This document shows positions 7,030 through 14,782 of a stretch of DNA of 17,082 bases, piece by piece. The translations under genes and the position numbers were made by a program. Origin of the DNA: Thermoproteaceae archaeon (GTDB lineage Archaea > Thermoproteota > Thermoprotei > Thermoproteales > Thermoproteaceae); contig JAJHRB010000034.1 of assembly GCA_020833025.1 (NCBI GenBank), positions 1 to 17,082 of the forward strand, in the 5' to 3' direction. Below the pieces are notes generated by a model that was given only the letters and a program-made list of their open reading frames with translations, made no database searches and was not told the DNA's origin. The stretch's first letter is position 1. Every line of letters begins with the position of its first letter.

Positions 7030-7311
7030 CTACCTCCGCTTCTTGCTGAACGGGTCGTCAGCGCCGAGTATCTCCCTCAAGAGCTCCTCCAGCGCGGCGG
7101 CTATCTCGGCCCCTCTGGGGGTCAGGGAGGTGACAAGGCCGTCGCTCACGTAACCCCGCTCCGCGAGGTAGCGCAGGTAGAGCTCAAAGCGCTTATAGTT
7201 CACCCGGGCGGCCGCCGCCAGTCGGGATCTCGGCAGGGGGCCCTGCCTGAGCGCGTGGAGCATCCTCGCGATCACGTATATGTCAGGCAAGAATTCTCTT
7301 CGCCTTCTCAT
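7030..7311 (-). CDS. Winged-helix transcription regulator (HTH_45/Sso10a-like)
   Basis: PDIYVIARML...RSRLAAAARVNYKRFELYLRYLAERGYV...LTPRG followed by an amphipathic dimerisation helix. Confidence 0.85.
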   Translation of the reverse strand: MRRRREFLPDIYVIARMLHALRQGPLPRSRLAAAARVNYKRFELYLRYLAERGYVSDGLVTSLTPRGAEIAAALEELLREILGADDPFSKKRR

Positions 7312-7909
7312 GGAACTCCAGCGCCCTCCTGGCCCACTCCGCCGAGCTCCCGACAGCCCTCCACGTGGCGGTCAGCACGGCAGCTGCAATAGTGCAGCCC
7401 AGCGCCACGGCCAGAAATGCCGCTGCCTCCCACGTCCACGGGACGCGCCCGCCGCTGCCTGCCAGCAGCACGTAAACGACGCGGCCCCCCTCTGGCCTCC
7501 CGACCACTCTGACGGCTCTGAACTCCCCGAACATCACGTCACCAGCGTGGTGCGTCACGACCACCTCCACGTAGATCACGGCGGGCGGGTTGGCATACGT
7601 GGCGAGAGACAGCGCGGCAACTGCGGCGAGCGTCGCGAGGGACAGTGCGAGCAGGGGGGCCGACACAACGCACACGCCGCTCCTCTTGCGGAGGTACTCG
7701 AGTGCGTCAAGCGGATCGCGCGGCTTCCCGGGCGCGAGCGCCGCCGCTGCCGCGACTGCAGCAGCGGCGGCGACTACTAGGTAAACCCAGGCGCCCGCGG
7801 CGCCCTGCAGGTACAGCATGTGGGCGCAGAACCCGCCCCACGCAATCGCGGGGGCTGGCACGAGCAGCCTGACAGCGGCCGAACACCGGCCTGCAAGGCG
7901 CTGGAGCAC
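7283..7909 (-). CDS. Multi-pass membrane protein, unknown function
   Basis: About four hydrophobic segments and a short extracytoplasmic beta-rich loop; its 3' end overlaps the wHTH start. Start uncertain (ORF open to 7960; GTG 7909 or later more likely). Confidence 0.6.
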   Translation of the reverse strand: MLQRLAGRCSAAVRLLVPAPAIAWGGFCAHMLYLQGAAGAWVYLVVAAAAAVAAAAALAPGKPRDPLDALEYLRKRSGVCVVSAPLLALSLATLAAVAALSLATYANPPAVIYVEVVVTHHAGDVMFGEFRAVRVVGRPEGGRVVYVLLAGSGGRVPWTWEAAAFLAVALGCTIAAAVLTATWRAVGSSAEWARRALEFHEKAKRILA

Positions 7910-7927
7910 GAACTGTAAAATGTCGTC

Positions 7928-7933
7928 AAAAAA
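7928..7933 (-). terminator. T6 tract downstream of the secreted-protein gene
   Basis: TTTTTT on the minus strand about 30 nt after the TGA, within an AT-rich patch; could also serve as a promoter element for the membrane gene. Confidence 0.3.
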
Positions 7934-7960
7934 CTTGGCTTTTCGGTTTTTCAATCTCAC

Positions 7961-8641
7961 TCACCAGACATATAGGGTCAGAGTGCCGCTATACGTAATA
8001 GTGGCGGGCCCCACGTTAAGTATGGCCGCGTAGTACTCTCTATCAGTGTCGGTGGGAAACTGGGTGGCAATAACCGTCCCGTAGGTGCACGCGCAGGGGC
8101 CGCTGTTGGTGTCCGTGTAAAGCAGACCGACGCACACCAAAGACACGGGGCTCCACCCCACGCGGAATTCTATGGCAAGCGTGCCGGCGTAGGGCCCGTA
8201 TTCGTCCCTCTCGCCGGGTTTCAGCTGGCCGGACGCAGATATTACCGCCTTTGTGATCGCGGGCTCGGGCCCCCGCTCGACTTTCACGGCGGGAGGTATT
8301 CTCCTAGCAATCCTCGCGTAAAACGTTCTGTTTGACGCCTTGCACGCCACCATGACGGTGTTGTTGCTCACGAGCTTCATCTCGCAAGGCTCTGCGTTCT
8401 CAGGCCACGGAACCCTCGGCACGCTGCTCACCTTTTTCACGCTTATGGGAATCGCTCTATGTATTACCGCCCTGCCTACCACCTCGCCGGTATCGCCCCT
8501 TATCACTTTAACCGCGTTGCCCTCCCTGACGAGGGTGCCGTACCACACATTACTGCGTTCGCCGCCCTGCTGCGCCGCGGCGAGCGCGGCGATGGCGAGC
8601 GCCAGCGCCAGCCCGGCGGCGAGCAAGACCCAGCGCCTCAT
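7961..8641 (-). CDS. Secreted protein with Sec signal peptide and C-terminal beta-sandwich (PPC-like) domain
   Basis: MRRW + hydrophobic core + AAA/QQ cleavage site. The C-terminal about 95 aa (ASGQLKPGERDEY...YYAAILNV...TYSGTLTLYVW) resembles peptidase PPC-type domains. No membrane anchor; TATA CTTATAAG at 8662-8669. Confidence 0.75.
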   Translation of the reverse strand: MRRWVLLAAGLALALAIAALAAAQQGGERSNVWYGTLVREGNAVKVIRGDTGEVVGRAVIHRAIPISVKKVSSVPRVPWPENAEPCEMKLVSNNTVMVACKASNRTFYARIARRIPPAVKVERGPEPAITKAVISASGQLKPGERDEYGPYAGTLAIEFRVGWSPVSLVCVGLLYTDTNSGPCACTYGTVIATQFPTDTDREYYAAILNVGPATITYSGTLTLYVW

Positions 8642-8854
8642 GCGCGCGCCGCGCGTGCGCGCTTATAAGCACGCCGTACTCGGAGTACACAAAGCTTAAA
8701 AAGAGTCCGCAACCGGCATAGCGCGGCCATGCCAAAACCGCTGCTCAGCCGCCCCCAAACCGCGCCGACGCATTCCGGCCAGGGGCGCCTCTGGCTCCGT
8801 GACCCGCGAGCGGGGGGCCAGGCCCCGGAGCGCGGCGGGGTGAAAGGGGGCGCG

Positions 8855-10636
8855 CTATGACGAGACGTAATAGTACAGCTCGCCCGCCTCCTTCTGCTCC
8901 CTGTCGAGAACCGAGCCGGGCTTGTTCACCCTTGGCCTTCCCGACCTGGCGTCGCGCCGGAACGAGATGTCGGCCCACTTGAGGAATACATTCATCCCGG
9001 TCCTCACGTCTACAGGGCCCGGCGAGTAGCCCCGCACTCCCGGCTCGCCGATGAACGGCATTATCGCACTCGACATGTAGTCCAGCATGGCGATATCGTG
9101 CTCGACGACTATCACCGCCATGCTGCTCTCCTCTACTACTCGCCTTATGGTCCGCGCGACGAGAGCCCGCTGCTCGACGTCCAGGTATGCCATGGGCTCG
9201 TCGAGCACGTACAGGTCCGCCTTCTTGAGCAGCGCCGCGGCGACGACGACTCTTTGCAGCTCCCCGCCCGAGAGCTCTCCCATCTTCCTGTCTAGGAGCG
9301 GCGTCAGGCAGAACCCGCTCTCCAGCTCGGGCCACGCCGGGTTGTCGGCGAAGTCCCCGGCCTCCCGCGCCAGCCAGGACCTGGCCGCCATCTCGCCGTC
9401 CCTCACCGCTATGTCCCTGATGTACTGCGGCTTGTAGCTCACCGCAACCGGCGGGCCGATCGAGCCTCTCGCCGGCTTTATCTCGCCGACGAGAACCCTC
9501 AAGAATGTCGTCTTGCCGATGCCGTTTGGCCCCACCACGCCAACTATCTCTCCCCTGGCTATGTACGACGCGGCTACTTCCAGCCTGAAACTGCCCCAGT
9601 CGACGAGCAAGTCACTCCACTCGACAAGCCTTGAGGCCCTGCTGGCGCGCCTCTCCGGGGGCCTGATCTCAAACTTTATCGGCTTGTCTCTAATTCTCAC
9701 GTTCTCCGACGAGAGGTAGCCGGCCAGGTACTCGTTTACTGCCTCGCGGGCGCCCGCTGGGTGCGAGACAATGCCGTAGGCCCCCGGCTTGCCGTAAACC
9801 ACGACAACGACGTCGGCTAGGAAGTCAAGCACTGCAAGGTCGTGCTCGATGGCGAGGACGTACTTGCCTGACGTGTACTCGCGGATGGCGTTTGCGACCC
9901 TCACCCTCTCAACTACGTCGAGGTGCGTTACCGGCTCGTCCATGATGTAGACATCCGCGCTCTTGGACAGCGCGGCGGCCACGGCCAGCTTCTGCAGCTC
10001 CCCGCCGGACAGCTGCTCTACTCTCCTGTCGAGGAGCCTGTCGAGGCCAAGCGCTTTCAAGAGATCCTCGCGAATTCCCGCCTTCCTCACCACCTCGGCG
10101 ACGGCTCCCTTGAGGTAGAGGGGTATCAGCTCGACGTACTGTATCTTGTGCACCGCGCGTAGGCCCCCGCCGTAGAGCTCCGCGAGGTAGGTCTGCAGCT
10201 CGGTGCCTCTGAACTGCCTCACTACCTCCTCACGCGCCGGGGGGCTCTCCGGCCTACAGAGGTTCGGGACGAGCTCGCCGGCAAGTATTCTCGCTATGGT
10301 CGTCTTGCCCAGCCCGTTGCGCCCGAGCACCCCGACCACCCTCCCGCGCCTGAGCGCCGGGAGCCTGTAGAGCCTGAAGCCGCTGGGCCCGTACTCGTGC
10401 ACGCAGTCGCTCTCCAGCTCGTCGGGCAGGTTGACTATGGTTATCGCGCCGAAGGGGCACTTGTGCGCGCAAATGCCGCAGCCTATGCACAGTGCCTCCG
10501 ATATCACAGCCTTCTTGAGCTGCTCGTCTATCATGACCACTCTCTTTGCCCTGTTCGGCGGACAGTACTTGACGCACTCCTGCCCGCACTTAGAGGGCTG
10601 GCACGCATCCCTGTCTACAATGGCTATCCTTACCAC
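8855..10636 (-). CDS. rli: Ribosome recycling ATPase ABCE1 (RNase L inhibitor homolog)
   Basis: Two Fe-S motifs (CQPSKCGQECVKYCP, CIGCGICAHKCP) and two ABC domains (GRNGLGKTT/LSGGE/YIMDEP and GPNGIGKTT/LSGGE/YVLDEP). CTTATA TATA at 10659-10664. Confidence 0.98.
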   Translation of the reverse strand: MVRIAIVDRDACQPSKCGQECVKYCPPNRAKRVVMIDEQLKKAVISEALCIGCGICAHKCPFGAITIVNLPDELESDCVHEYGPSGFRLYRLPALRRGRVVGVLGRNGLGKTTIARILAGELVPNLCRPESPPAREEVVRQFRGTELQTYLAELYGGGLRAVHKIQYVELIPLYLKGAVAEVVRKAGIREDLLKALGLDRLLDRRVEQLSGGELQKLAVAAALSKSADVYIMDEPVTHLDVVERVRVANAIREYTSGKYVLAIEHDLAVLDFLADVVVVVYGKPGAYGIVSHPAGAREAVNEYLAGYLSSENVRIRDKPIKFEIRPPERRASRASRLVEWSDLLVDWGSFRLEVAASYIARGEIVGVVGPNGIGKTTFLRVLVGEIKPARGSIGPPVAVSYKPQYIRDIAVRDGEMAARSWLAREAGDFADNPAWPELESGFCLTPLLDRKMGELSGGELQRVVVAAALLKKADLYVLDEPMAYLDVEQRALVARTIRRVVEESSMAVIVVEHDIAMLDYMSSAIMPFIGEPGVRGYSPGPVDVRTGMNVFLKWADISFRRDARSGRPRVNKPGSVLDREQKEAGELYYYVSS

Positions 10637-10686
10637 GCGCCGGGAGAGCGCTAGCGACTATAAGCCTGCGCCCTGTCCTGCCTGTC

Positions 10687-11388
10687 CTAGCGCTGTTTTG
10701 AGCTGAGGTACTTTTCAATCTCGGCCCTCACTCTATCCGTCAGCCCCATCACGTGGCTCTCGCGCTCTATCTTCTTTATAATGGCCGCGAGAAATGCCTC
10801 GTCCTCGACGTCCTTGCACTTCACCCACACCCTCCCGTTCTGCCCAACGGCAATAGTGCAGCCGAGTCTCGAGAGCGCGTTCAGCATGCTTCCCTTTTTG
10901 CCTATCACTCTGGGGACTCTGACCGGCGTTATCTCGATGACAGTGCCGCTCTCCACCTTGCCGAGTTTCTCCTCCTTCAGCGTGAGGATTATTGGGTACT
11001 CCTCCGTGAGATCCACGTCCTTTATCTTCGCGATCACGACGTCGCCCACGTTTAAGAGCGCGGTGAGCGGCGTGGTCTCCAGGTCCACGTGCTTGTGCAG
11101 CGCCTCGCTGACGGGCAAGTACGCGGGCATGAAAGACTTGGCGTCGACCTCCCACCCGGTGCCCAGGACGTCGGTCACGTAGCCCACTATCAGGTCGCCG
11201 GCTCTGGGCCTGTAAATGCCCTCAAGGGGGACCACTACTATGGTACTGCCGCGGAACTCAACGAGACCTATGACGAGGCTCCTGTAGCGCCCGCTGCTGT
11301 CGACGTAAACGGGCCCCTCGACCTTGTGCCCCCCCGTGGCTATTAGGTCCCCCGGGAAGACAAGCTGCCGCGGGGCTACAAAGTGCAT
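10687..11388 (-). CDS. rrp4: Exosome cap subunit Rrp4 (S1 + KH)
   Basis: VFPGD, YRPRAGDLIVGYV, S1 domain, KH segment VPRVIGKKGSM, VGQNGRVWV. ATG 11388 lies 1 nt after the sdo1 stop with a GAGGTG SD upstream. Confidence 0.95.
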   Translation of the reverse strand: MHFVAPRQLVFPGDLIATGGHKVEGPVYVDSSGRYRSLVIGLVEFRGSTIVVVPLEGIYRPRAGDLIVGYVTDVLGTGWEVDAKSFMPAYLPVSEALHKHVDLETTPLTALLNVGDVVIAKIKDVDLTEEYPIILTLKEEKLGKVESGTVIEITPVRVPRVIGKKGSMLNALSRLGCTIAVGQNGRVWVKCKDVEDEAFLAAIIKKIERESHVMGLTDRVRAEIEKYLSSKQR

Positions 11389-11389
11389 T

Positions 11390-12091
11390 CTAGAACACCA
11401 CCTCAACTACCCTGATGTTAGCCTCGCCGCGCGATATATTATTTACCTTGGATACGAGAACGTCTTGCATGCCCGCTGGAATCTCCACCGTGGCGTCCCA
11501 CGACCCGTCGCTGTTGAAGCTCTCGCCCGCAATCTTGCCCATCCTCGCGACGAGGCCCTTGACTCGCTGGGCGTAAGCAGCCGGCACGTGGACTGCCACT
11601 CTGGCGGTTGCAGCCTTAATTGGCAGCGTCTTCTGGATCTCCTTCAAGATCCTCGGTATCTGCTCCTCAACGGGCTTGAACGGGTCTATCGCGGCGTGAA
11701 CTTGCTTCAGCGCGCTTTCTACTCTCTGTGGCGGCACCGGCGCCTTGGTTCTTACATCTATGCAGTTGCGCGAGATCCACTCGACGATCTGTCTCCTCTT
11801 CTCTTCTGTCAGCCGCCTTCTCTGCTCTGCCGTCATGGGAATTTCGCCCTCTCTAATTATCACTTCTGCAATTTTCCTCGCATCTGTCGTCCCGAACGCC
11901 TTCTTGAGGGACTCTGCCGGCGCGCGTAGTCCCTTCTTTGCGTCTATGTATATCTCCTCATGAACTAGGACCTTGTCTACGCCCAGCGGCTTGCCCAGCT
12001 TGAACTCGAGCGCCACGTCGGGGTCGACAAGTATTTCAAAATGCTGGCCGCCCCTGTCCAGCCTGGCTATACCGACTCTCTTTTTTGTCAT
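11390..12091 (-). CDS. sdo1: Ribosome maturation factor SBDS/Sdo1
   Basis: GQHFEILVDP, EEIYIDAKKG, AFGTTD, GEIPMTAEQRR, HPPQR-like PVPPQR, IDPFKPVEEQ. Start ATG 12091 with TTTAATAA at 12114-12121. Confidence 0.95.
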   Translation of the reverse strand: MTKKRVGIARLDRGGQHFEILVDPDVALEFKLGKPLGVDKVLVHEEIYIDAKKGLRAPAESLKKAFGTTDARKIAEVIIREGEIPMTAEQRRRLTEEKRRQIVEWISRNCIDVRTKAPVPPQRVESALKQVHAAIDPFKPVEEQIPRILKEIQKTLPIKAATARVAVHVPAAYAQRVKGLVARMGKIAGESFNSDGSWDATVEIPAGMQDVLVSKVNNISRGEANIRVVEVVF

Positions 12092-12207
12092 AGCGCTGTG
12101 CACTGTGCAGCAATTATTAAAGCTATTGCTTGCCCCGAGCTTCCGGCGCGCGCCGCCCCCGGCGGCACGGGGCCGCATTGAATAAAAACCCGCGGCCCCC
12201 CGCGATC

Positions 12208-12702
12208 GTGTCGATAAAGTTCGAGGCGATCGACGTGCCCATACCCACGGGCGCCAGCGTGATAATAGGGCAGGCGCACTTCATAAAGACAGTGGAGGAC
12301 CTTTACGAGACAATAGTGACGACAGTTCCCGGCGCTAAGTTCGGGCTGGCCTTCTGCGAGGCCTCGGGCAAGAGGCTGGTTAGGCACGAGGGAAACGACG
12401 ACGAGCTGAGGAGGCTGGCCGTTGATGTGTGCAGGAGAATAGCCGCCGGCCACATCTTCGTGATATACCTCAGGAACGCGTGGCCCATAAACGTCCTCAA
12501 CGCAATAAAGAACGTCCAGGAAGTCGTGAGAGTACTCGCAGCAACCTCAAACCCGTTGAAAGTGATTGTAGCCGAGGTCGAGCCGGAGAGGCGCGGCGTG
12601 ATAGGCGTCGTGGACGGCCACTCGCCCCTCGGCGTCGAGACAGAGGCCGACAGGGAGGAGAGGAAGAAATTCCTCAGAGACGTCGTCAAGTACAAGCTCT
12701 AG
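12208..12702 (+). CDS. PAE2307/DUF355 family adenosine-specific kinase-like protein
   Basis: [67 protein letters not shown] 12208 with AATAAAAA at 12181-12188. Confidence 0.9.
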   Translation: MSIKFEAIDVPIPTGASVIIGQAHFIKTVEDLYETIVTTVPGAKFGLAFCEASGKRLVRHEGNDDELRRLAVDVCRRIAAGHIFVIYLRNAWPINVLNAIKNVQEVVRVLAATSNPLKVIVAEVEPERRGVIGVVDGHSPLGVETEADREERKKFLRDVVKYKL

Positions 12703-12739
12703 TCGCGCGGCCCGCCGCGCCGCGCGTACCTCTCGGCGC

Positions 12740-13870
12740 GTGAGCGCTAGGACGCGCGCAAGGAGCCTTGACGCGCTCGACGCGGCGGTGCTGCTGTATT
12801 ACACGTTCACGAGCGGCTTCGCCGTGATCCTCCCGCCTTACCTGAGGGATCTGGGCGTGTCCGGCGAGGCGAGCATTGGCGCGATAGTCTCCGCCACGTT
12901 CATGACCTCGCTGGCGCTGCGCCTTGCCGTTGGCGTGCTGGGCGAGCGCCTGGGCTACGCAGCGGTTCTACGCGCCGGGTCTCTCTGCGCCGCGGCTGCC
13001 TGCGCGCTTTACCTTGCGGGAGACGTGACGCTGCTGGTCGCCGGGAGGGTGCTCCACGGGCTCTCTCTCGCCGCGTTTCCCGCAATGTCGCTGGCTCTCG
13101 CGGCGCTCAAGGGGCCGAGGGCCATGGCAGTGAGGTCTCTCATGGTAGGCATCGGGAACGTGCTCGGCCCTGTTGCCAGCACCGCCGCGTACGGCGCCGG
13201 GGGCGGGCCCGCGGCCGCGGCCGCCACGCTGGCCATGAGCGCGGCGACAGTACCTCTCGCGTGGCGCGCCAGGCCGGCGCTGCCGAGAATCAACGGGGAG
13301 CCGGCGCTGGAGCCCCGCGTTGTAGCCCTCACCGCGCTGCTCGCGCTATTCTTAGCCGTCCACGCTGCGGTCTACACTTTCACGCCGCTCCGCATAAAGC
13401 AGCTGGGCCTTCCAATCGCTTACTGGGGGGTCTTCACGGCAGTCGCCGCGGCAGCCAGCCTGCCCTCCCGCGCGCTGGCGCGGCGAGAGGGGCTCGCGAG
13501 GCCTGCGCTGGCATCCCTGGCAACGGCAATTGCCGCCGCCGGCCTCTTCCTCGCGACGCGCGCCAGCGACGCGCTCTCCTTTGCTCTCGCCGGCGCGGTT
13601 TACGGCGCTGGGCAGGGCCTCGTTATTGTCATGTACCAGGTACTCGCACTTGCCGGAGTGAGAAGTGCGGGAGTCGCGAGCGCTGTGTACACAATGGGGT
13701 GGGACGCAGGCTTCATAGCAGGCCCGCTAATGGCGGGCGTGCTGGTCGGGACTCTGGGCTACGACTCTCTGAGCCTCGTGCCGGCGCTCCTCGCGGCGAA
13801 CGTGATAGCACTGCTCCGCCGCAGGCCGGCCGCGCCCCGCGAGTCCTTTAATATGCGCCGCACAGCATGA
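12740..13870 (+). CDS. Major facilitator superfamily transporter
   Basis: About 12 hydrophobic segments, MFS loop motif GVLGERLG, and AGRVLHG in TM4. Substrate unknown. Confidence 0.85.
   Translation: MSARTRARSLDALDAAVLLYYTFTSGFAVILPPYLRDLGVSGEASIGAIVSATFMTSLALRLAVGVLGERLGYAAVLRAGSLCAAAACALYLAGDVTLLVAGRVLHGLSLAAFPAMSLALAALKGPRAMAVRSLMVGIGNVLGPVASTAAYGAGGGPAAAAATLAMSAATVPLAWRARPALPRINGEPALEPRVVALTALLALFLAVHAAVYTFTPLRIKQLGLPIAYWGVFTAVAAAASLPSRALARREGLARPALASLATAIAAAGLFLATRASDALSFALAGAVYGAGQGLVIVMYQVLALAGVRSAGVASAVYTMGWDAGFIAGPLMAGVLVGTLGYDSLSLVPALLAANVIALLRRRPAAPRESFNMRRTA
13847..13853 (+). promoter_or_regulatory. TATA box of speE inside the MFS 3' end
   Basis: TTTAATA 21-27 nt upstream of GTG 13874. 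Confidence 0.45.
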
Positions 13871-13873
13871 CCC

Positions 13874-14755
13874 GTGGCCAGGGTTCCTGGACCGATAACG
13901 CTCGTGGAGCCCCTCAGCGGCAGCACGGCCATGCTGATAAAAATAAACGCAATTCACGTGCGCAAGCGCTCCAAGTATCAGGAGATCATAATAGCGGACA
14001 CGGAGGACTACGGGCGCGTCCTAATACTCGACGACTACATACAGTCGTCGTACCACGACGAGGTCTACTACCACGAGAGCCTAGTGCACCCAGCAATGAT
14101 TACGCACCCCCAGCCGCGCGACGTGCTCATAATAGGCGGCGGCGAGGGGGCGACGCTGAGGGAGGCACTGAAGCACCCGACGGTGATGCGCGCCGTCATG
14201 GTGGACATAGACGCAGAGGTCGTCGAGCTGTCGAGACAATACCTGCCGCTGATGCACCAGGAGGCGTTCAATGACTCCAGAGCCGCGGTGGTGATCGAGA
14301 ACGGCCTTGCATACATCGAGAGGGCGCTGAAGGCCGGCGAGAAGTACGACGTGGTGATACTCGACCTAACGGACCCGTACGCCTCGGACATAGCAAAGCC
14401 GCTGTACACGGCAGAGTTCTACCTTAAGGTGCGCTCGCTGCTCAGAGAGGACGGCATCATGGTGACGCAGGCGGGGAGCAGCTACTACTTCCCCGAGGTC
14501 TACGACGCGACGCTCAACAGCGTCAAGTCCGCATTTCCGGTCGTCGTCGAGTACAACGTGTGGGTGCCGTCGTTTGGCTACGCCGTGAACTTCATACTCG
14601 GGTCGCTGGGGCACAACCCCGCGGCGCTGACGGCGGAGGAGGTGGACAGGAAGCTCAGGGAGCGCGGCGTCTCGACGCTGTTCTATTCTGGCAGGACTCA
14701 CGTGGCGCTGATGCACCTGCCCGTATTCCGCAAGGTACGCAGGAAGGAGGCTTAA
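13874..14755 (+). CDS. speE: Polyamine aminopropyltransferase (spermidine synthase family)
   Basis: SKYQEI, GRVLILDDYIQS, YHESLVHPAM, LIIGGGEGATLRE, YDVVILDLTDP. Exact acceptor (putrescine, agmatine or longer polyamines) cannot be read from the sequence. Confidence 0.95.
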   Translation: MARVPGPITLVEPLSGSTAMLIKINAIHVRKRSKYQEIIIADTEDYGRVLILDDYIQSSYHDEVYYHESLVHPAMITHPQPRDVLIIGGGEGATLREALKHPTVMRAVMVDIDAEVVELSRQYLPLMHQEAFNDSRAAVVIENGLAYIERALKAGEKYDVVILDLTDPYASDIAKPLYTAEFYLKVRSLLREDGIMVTQAGSSYYFPEVYDATLNSVKSAFPVVVEYNVWVPSFGYAVNFILGSLGHNPAALTAEEVDRKLRERGVSTLFYSGRTHVALMHLPVFRKVRRKEA

Positions 14756-14782
14756 AATCCGCGGTCTGCGGCGGTTCGAAAT

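Noticed and set aside
8729-8860. 43-codon plus-strand ORF MPKPLLSRPQ... behind a TATA-like box
   Set aside because: No motif, codon usage uninformative, and it coincides with the hairpin region.
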